Shown: in pieces, positions 57,187-64,000 of the stretch | Position numbering within the stretch: the first letter of the stretch is position 1 | How the letters are laid out: the number at the start of each line of letters is the position of its first letter | From: Escherichia phage RB43 | Strand: one strand, 5' to 3' | Sequence record: NC_007023.1 | Length of the DNA: 64,000 nt | Notes under the pieces: model-generated | What the model was told of the DNA's origin: nothing | Seen by the model: only the letters and a program-made list of their open reading frames with translations | Databases searched by the model: none | Program-made: the position numbers and the translations under genes

Positions 57187-59475
57187 ATGATTTCAAAACT
57201 TAACCCGTTACCAAAGATCCCGTTTGTTGATGGTGTCCCTTCGGACACCACACAAACCCCGATCAACTGGATAATTAACGGCGAAACTCTCGATGGTGCT
57301 AAAACCAAAGTCACTAACGAGGGTTCTTTAAACAGGTGCGGTGTTCTGGTACAAAAGAACGCGGTGCAATTAGAAACCAACACCATTACACAGACTGCAA
57401 AAATCAACGAAGTTATCGATCAGGTTAACCTCATTAGTGAAAACCTCGCGGCTATTTCTGATGAAAGCGTGATTGACAAACTGGATCAGGTTGTTGCTGA
57501 TGTAGAAGTGTTGAAAGTTGATATGACTGCGGTTCAAGGTTCTACTGCAAGCAATACCCTGAAAATCCAGGATCTCGATAAAGAGATCGGGACGTGGGAC
57601 GCTTCAACAGATCCTAAACACCGTACCATTCGAAAAGATATTATTTTCCTGAAAGGGGAAATGGGTGCGTACCCTGGGTTTAACGAAAACGGCGACGTAG
57701 ATCCGACATCAACGGGTTCCGGCATGAAATACAAAATCATGACGAACGCGCAAGCGATTTCGATTCATGAAGGACGTATTACGCGCCTTGAAGATGATTG
57801 GGCTAACTCAGACGTAGGTCATTTAACTGATGAAGTAACCGATCTGCGTAACGAAATGGGGCCAAAACATTTAGCGACATTTGAATCTGTATATGTTCGC
57901 CTGAACACTATCGGTACTGAGATCACTGGTATCAATTCCGAACTAACCAGCATCAACCAATATATCGGTCGTACTGGCACGGGTGGAACTGGTAGTATTT
58001 CTGCGCGTATGACTACGGCAGAATCGAATATCGCAACCCTGCAAACGCAGATGAATGATTCTGCTACTGGTGTATTACCTCGCGTAATTTCTTTGGAAAA
58101 TGCTGTCGGTAACTCTCAGATCCCTGGTAGTATTCGTTACGACATCAGCGCAATCAAACGTGACATCGGTGATATCAACATGATCGTCGGTGAATCAAGC
58201 GATGATGGTCTTCGTGGGGAAATGGCTCAGGTTATGACCGATATCGGTACTGATTCACAGCCTACGAGCATCAAAGGCCGTTTGCTGAACGTTGAGAACA
58301 CCCAACGTGACGATCATCAGAAACTGATTGACGTTGAATCTGTTGTTGGTAATACTTCAAGTGGACTCGTTGCGGCTAATATCGCGATGGGTAAAGCTGT
58401 TTACGGTGATGCAACGAGTTCTGATCCATTCCTGAAAGACGGTATTCAGAAAACAGCGCGTGACAGTAAAGCGGCTATCGGTGTAAACACAACCGGATCT
58501 GAAACAGGGATCTATAAACTGATTTCGGATTTGACTGCTCGTGTTGCTGCACTTGAAAGCGGTACTGGTGGCGAACTTGAACAACGTGTTTCTGATTTGG
58601 AAACCAATAAAGCATCGCATCAGGACGTTGCAAACGCATTGGTTCCGTATATTACCGAAGCGGAAGCAGATGTTAAGTACGAACCGAAGAAAATTCCGTT
58701 ATCGTTTACGCAAAACCTTGTTGGGCGTGGCGATTATATCGAAGGTGATGACATTTCTTTCATGGTTACGGTAACAGGTGGTAAACTGCCTTATGTCTAC
58801 CAGTGGAAGAAAGGAACCGCTGATGTAGGTACTAACGCATCGAGCATTCTGATCCAAAGCATTACCTCTGCCGACGCTGGCGTGTATAAAGTTGTTGTTA
58901 CCGATGCAGACAACACCGTAATTACTTCTGACGAAGTGACGGTTGCTGTTTATCCGGTTCCTCAGTTTGATACTAACCTGGCTGACAAATCGGTGGTTGA
59001 CGGTGATCCTCTGACTCTGGAAGTTGTATACAGCGGTGGTAAACCTCCGTACACTTACGAATGGTTCAAAGATAACTCTGTTATCTCTGGGGAAACATCA
59101 GCAACATTTACCAAATCTGCTGTTACAAGCGCTGATGCTGGTGAATACTATGTTTCTGTAACTGACGCAATGAACAACCAAAACGATTCAGTGAAAGCAA
59201 CCGTGACTGTAACACCTCGTCCGGCTCTTGCATTCACTACGGATCTGAGTGCTACTAAATCATACAGCACAGGTGCTAACATGGATCTTGCTGTTGTCGT
59301 GACTGGTGGTAAAACACCATATACGTATAAATGGTTTAAAGACACTGCGGAAATTTCCGGTCAGACAGGTGCAAGCCTTACCACTGTAGCAGAAGATGGG
59401 GTGTATAAAGTCGAAGTGACGGATGCACTAACGACTAAAATCACATCAACTGAATGCACGGTAACTGTGGCATAA
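57187..59475 (+). CDS. wac: fibritin (wac) with C-terminal tandem Ig-like domains
   Basis: N-terminus LNPLPKIPFVDGVPSD...INWIINGETLDGA matches recalled T4 fibritin; C-terminal ~90-aa repeats (GGKLPYVYQWKKG, PYTYEWFKD, PYTYKWFKD). Confidence 0.8.
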   Translation: MISKLNPLPKIPFVDGVPSDTTQTPINWIINGETLDGAKTKVTNEGSLNRCGVLVQKNAVQLETNTITQTAKINEVIDQVNLISENLAAISDESVIDKLDQVVADVEVLKVDMTAVQGSTASNTLKIQDLDKEIGTWDASTDPKHRTIRKDIIFLKGEMGAYPGFNENGDVDPTSTGSGMKYKIMTNAQAISIHEGRITRLEDDWANSDVGHLTDEVTDLRNEMGPKHLATFESVYVRLNTIGTEITGINSELTSINQYIGRTGTGGTGSISARMTTAESNIATLQTQMNDSATGVLPRVISLENAVGNSQIPGSIRYDISAIKRDIGDINMIVGESSDDGLRGEMAQVMTDIGTDSQPTSIKGRLLNVENTQRDDHQKLIDVESVVGNTSSGLVAANIAMGKAVYGDATSSDPFLKDGIQKTARDSKAAIGVNTTGSETGIYKLISDLTARVAALESGTGGELEQRVSDLETNKASHQDVANALVPYITEAEADVKYEPKKIPLSFTQNLVGRGDYIEGDDISFMVTVTGGKLPYVYQWKKGTADVGTNASSILIQSITSADAGVYKVVVTDADNTVITSDEVTVAVYPVPQFDTNLADKSVVDGDPLTLEVVYSGGKPPYTYEWFKDNSVISGETSATFTKSAVTSADAGEYYVSVTDAMNNQNDSVKATVTVTPRPALAFTTDLSATKSYSTGANMDLAVVVTGGKTPYTYKWFKDTAEISGQTGASLTTVAEDGVYKVEVTDALTTKITSTECTVTVA

Positions 59476-59476
59476 T

Positions 59477-59502
59477 TTAACAAGGGGCGCAAGCCCCTTT
59501 TG
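59477..59502 (+). terminator. rho-independent terminator after wac
   Basis: aaggggcgcaagccccttttg. Confidence 0.55.
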
Positions 59503-59510
59503 AGGATCAT

Positions 59511-60434
59511 ATGATTACGAACAATCCTGAACAATTGAAGGATGAAATTCTTCGTCGTCTGGGCGCACCAATCATCAAAATCGAAATCACACAAGACCAG
59601 ATTTACGATTGCATTCAACGCGCACTGGATCTGTATGCGGAATATCACTACAACGGAACAAACAAAAGTTACATTATCCTTACGTTAGGCGAAGACAACC
59701 CGCGAAACGTATTTGATTTGAGTAAAGAACATATTTTCGCGGTTACAAAAGTATTGCGTACAAATATCGGTTCATTGGTTTCTATGGACGGTACAGCGGT
59801 TTATCCGTGGTTTACTGATTTCCTGATGGGGCTTACTGGTGGTTCTCTGGGCGGTCGCTGTGCATCAAGCGTGTACGGTATGAATGCATATGGCGCGGAT
59901 CTGGGGTATTTTACACAGATGATGTCATATCAACGTTCAATGCAAGAGTTGCTGGCTCCATTACCTGATTACTGGTACAACGATGACACTGGTCAGTTTT
60001 GTGTATGGGGTAAAGTCAACAACGGTGATATTATTGTCATTGAAGTGATGGTAAGATCCTTTGTCGATGTTCCTAGTGCCGTAGGAAGCGTTGCAGGATA
60101 CGCTACAGCGGGTTCTAACGCAGTAGAAGACCAATCCATAGCCGACATCTACGATAACCCGTATAACGCGGTTGTGGGCGGTGTACGAGCGGGACAGGGT
60201 ACAACTGTTACTGGTGGAACCTCTGCATATAACAACCGTTGGGTAAAAGACTACTCAACCGCGCTGGTAAAAGAAATCAACGGGCAAATTCTGGCTAAGT
60301 TTCAGGGTATGCAATTGCCTGGTGGTGTTGCTCCAGATGGAACACGACTGATTCAGGAAGCGGAAACCAAATTACAAGGATTGCGCGACGAACTGATTTC
60401 TATGTCTGACGCAGTTCCTATTATTATGGTGTAG
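59511..60434 (+). CDS. 13: neck protein gp13
   Basis: 307 aa (T4 309); synteny. Confidence 0.8.
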   Translation: MITNNPEQLKDEILRRLGAPIIKIEITQDQIYDCIQRALDLYAEYHYNGTNKSYIILTLGEDNPRNVFDLSKEHIFAVTKVLRTNIGSLVSMDGTAVYPWFTDFLMGLTGGSLGGRCASSVYGMNAYGADLGYFTQMMSYQRSMQELLAPLPDYWYNDDTGQFCVWGKVNNGDIIVIEVMVRSFVDVPSAVGSVAGYATAGSNAVEDQSIADIYDNPYNAVVGGVRAGQGTTVTGGTSAYNNRWVKDYSTALVKEINGQILAKFQGMQLPGGVAPDGTRLIQEAETKLQGLRDELISMSDAVPIIMV

Positions 60435-60442
60435 GGGGAATA

Positions 60443-61189
60443 ATGCAAAACTGGGATGAAAGTTTATTCGCTCAGTTGTCAACGGGGGAGGGAGTCGATC
60501 GCAACTTAAAGGATCAAGTCACTAACCCGTATGTAAACTGGTACAAATATAACCCAACACAACAGCTACATGATTCACTTACAGCAGAATCAATCCAGAT
60601 GAAATCACCTGATATGTATTATGTCAGACGTGAATTTGTGAATATAGATAAAATTCTGGGTGAAGACCGAGAGTCTAAATTCACGAAATCGTGGAAGATC
60701 GCTGCATATATTGAATCATATGCTAACTATGAAGGACAGCGGGACTTCTTTAGCAAATTCGGGTTGAGTTCTAACGACGAAATGACGCTGGTACTAAATC
60801 CGCGTTTATTTGCACATCAAACTGATGGTGGTATTCCGGTGCTGGGGGATTTGGTTTATTTCCCAATGGATAACAGCTTGTTTGAAATTACATGGGTGGA
60901 AGCAGATCCGTTCTATCAGTTCGGTGATCGTCCTCAACGTAAAATCAACCTGGCTAAATTCATCTACACGGGCGAAGAATTGGCTCCTGAATTGCAGCGA
61001 AACGAAGGAATCCATATCGAACCTGATGCAGAACTGGATCTTGAACCTATTCGAAATCTTGACGGGCTGGCAGATATTAACATTGAACAGTACGAAGAAG
61101 ACAAAGAATTTGAAAGAGAAGGTGACGAGTTTATCGAATCTTTTGATGTTGTCAACGGTCGCGGTTCTCCGTTTGCTACACTGCCCTAA
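60443..61189 (+). CDS. 14: neck protein gp14
   Basis: 248 aa (T4 256); synteny. Confidence 0.8.
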   Translation: MQNWDESLFAQLSTGEGVDRNLKDQVTNPYVNWYKYNPTQQLHDSLTAESIQMKSPDMYYVRREFVNIDKILGEDRESKFTKSWKIAAYIESYANYEGQRDFFSKFGLSSNDEMTLVLNPRLFAHQTDGGIPVLGDLVYFPMDNSLFEITWVEADPFYQFGDRPQRKINLAKFIYTGEELAPELQRNEGIHIEPDAELDLEPIRNLDGLADINIEQYEEDKEFEREGDEFIESFDVVNGRGSPFATLP

Positions 61190-61261
61190 ATACAAATAGG
61201 GGAAACCCTATATATGTTGGGGTGTATGGTGAAAACCTGCACCCGATTCAAAGAGGATCTT

Positions 61262-61876
61262 ATGATATACACAAAACTTAAAGAATGGTTGCCTCATGAT
61301 CTATACGTTGAGTATGTTGATATCATAACGGCTTCACCAAAAACAGAATACACAGAAAAACATCATATATTACCACGATCGCTATTTCCTGAATTTGAAA
61401 ACGACCCAGACAACTTAGTAGAACTTGATGTGATGAAGCATTTGATGGCTCATAGGACATTAGCAAAAACCAATGACCATAAAATGATTCTCGCGTTTTT
61501 CATGATGTTCACCTACGAACATAAACGTTATTCTACATTGTCAGAACAGGAACAACAATTTATTCTTGAAGAAAAGACAAAAGCCCGTGAAGCAATGCGT
61601 GTTGTTAAAAAAGAACAGATGAAAGGTAAATATGATGGTGAAAACAACCCATTTTACGGAAAACGACATACTGATGAATTTAAGAAAATGATGGGTTCTG
61701 TGCATAAAGGTAAGAAGTTATCACCAGAACATTTAGCAAATCTCGTTGCCGCACACAAAGGCAAAAAACGAGAAAAAGTAAAATGCCCCCATTGTGGGAT
61801 AATGTGCGCCGCTAATACAGCAAAGCGCTGGCACTTCGATAACTGTAAGTCTGGACTTGTCCAGCAGGGGGATTAG
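61262..61876 (+). CDS. free-standing HNH homing endonuclease with C-terminal NUMOD-like repeats, inserted between gp14 and gp15
   Basis: HNH core TEKHHILPRSLFPEF...DNLVELDVMKHLMAH; repeated NPFYGKRHTDEFKKMMGSVHKGKKLSPEHLANL; Zn CPHCG...C. Confidence 0.8.
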   Translation: MIYTKLKEWLPHDLYVEYVDIITASPKTEYTEKHHILPRSLFPEFENDPDNLVELDVMKHLMAHRTLAKTNDHKMILAFFMMFTYEHKRYSTLSEQEQQFILEEKTKAREAMRVVKKEQMKGKYDGENNPFYGKRHTDEFKKMMGSVHKGKKLSPEHLANLVAAHKGKKREKVKCPHCGIMCAANTAKRWHFDNCKSGLVQQGD

Positions 61877-61927
61877 AAAATTTTCGGATATTGGTATAAT
61901 AGTTCGCTGCGTAACTATATCGTTCTT

Positions 61928-62703
61928 ATGGGACAATTGTTTAACCATGTTCAAGTTAAACGAGTGCGTGGCGAACAAGAAAAATTCATTAAGGTTCCGA
62001 TTACCTATGCTTCAAAAGAGAAGTTTCTCGCTTCCATGAACAAACTCAACTACACGTTGAGTCAGGAAAACGTAGCGAAAACGGAAACCATTTTACCGCG
62101 AATGAATCTATCACTGGTGGACCTGCAATATAACGCAATTCGTAAAACCAGTATCGCGGTTAACCAGAAAATGTCGCAGTTACAAGCACCGCGTAAAACG
62201 ATCACACAGTTTAACCCTGTGCCATATCGTCTAATCTTTGAACTGGGTGTGTACACTCGTTACGAAGACGATATGTTTCAGATCGCAGAACAGATTTTGC
62301 CTTATTTTCAACCGCATTTCAACTGCAAGATTACCGAACTGCATAAGAACGAAATCAAAGTTGACCGAGACATCAAAATTAGTCTCCAATCGGTTGCACC
62401 AGATACAACGTTTGAAGGTGATGTTACCCAGCGCCGACACGTTGAATGGTCTTTCATGTTTGAATTACAGGGTTATCTGTACCCGCCTGTGACTGATGTC
62501 AAAGGTGAAATCAGAACAGTATACACGGATTTCTTTGCAAATATGAACCCACTGGACAAGGATAACTTTGAATCAGTGGACAGTCAAGCAGATCCGGTTG
62601 ATTTACCGCTTCAAGATTATACAGGCGAAGAATACATTCAGACTTATTCGCGCAACACGCCGATCCCGTCTGGTGATGAACCTCCGAAGCCGAGGGGAAC
62701 ATA

Positions 62704-62704
<1 letters not shown>
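61928..62704 (+). CDS. 15: tail sheath stabiliser and completion protein gp15
   Basis: ETILPRMNLSLVDLQYNA...YTRYEDDMFQIAEQILPYFQPHFN matches recalled T4 gp15. Confidence 0.9.

Positions 62705-64000
<1,296 letters not shown>

Overview
This window reads as a T4-like myovirus genome segment (Straboviridae/Tevenvirinae-type). The assignment rests on colinear baseplate, neck and packaging genes whose translations closely match my recollection of T4 gp25, gp6, gp7, gp15 and gp17; no database search was run. Layout: (i) 1-2308, plus-strand late baseplate-hub genes (gp51/gp26-like, gp25). (ii) 2334-39621, a long leftward early/hyperplastic block of about 90 mostly small genes. Recognisable ones include a vWA-domain protein, Dcm-type C5 methyltransferase, Pol-beta-type nucleotidyltransferase, NMNAT-Nudix fusion, SPFH protein, thymidine kinase, macro domain, lytic transglycosylase, PIN-PhoH, M15 peptidase, an Fe-S/radical-SAM-like protein, DUF262/ParB-like protein, NudE-like Nudix, a 57B/Acb1-like 2H phosphoesterase, gp57A, dNMP kinase gp1 and gp3. 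(iii) 39904-64000, the late module: an extra late gene, gp2 and gp4 on the minus strand, then gp53, gp5, a 690-aa unknown ORF, gp6-gp12, fibritin, gp13, gp14, an HNH homing endonuclease, gp15, gp16 and the start of gp17. Six copies of a conserved sigma70-like promoter with a GC hairpin in its spacer punctuate the early block; they resemble the PeSL cassettes I recall from RB49-type phages. The most interesting candidates for undescribed biology are the 690-aa membrane-helix-rich ORF translationally coupled to gp5, two unrelated proteins sharing a 16-aa N-terminal leader, the extra late gene between gp3 and gp2 flanked by a long inverted repeat, and a set of NAD/ADP-ribose/cyclic-nucleotide enzymes. 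Several genes, including essential gp6, show single-base frameshifts, so assembly indels are likely and affected boundaries are approximate. No CRISPR array was seen and no tRNA gene was evident by eye.
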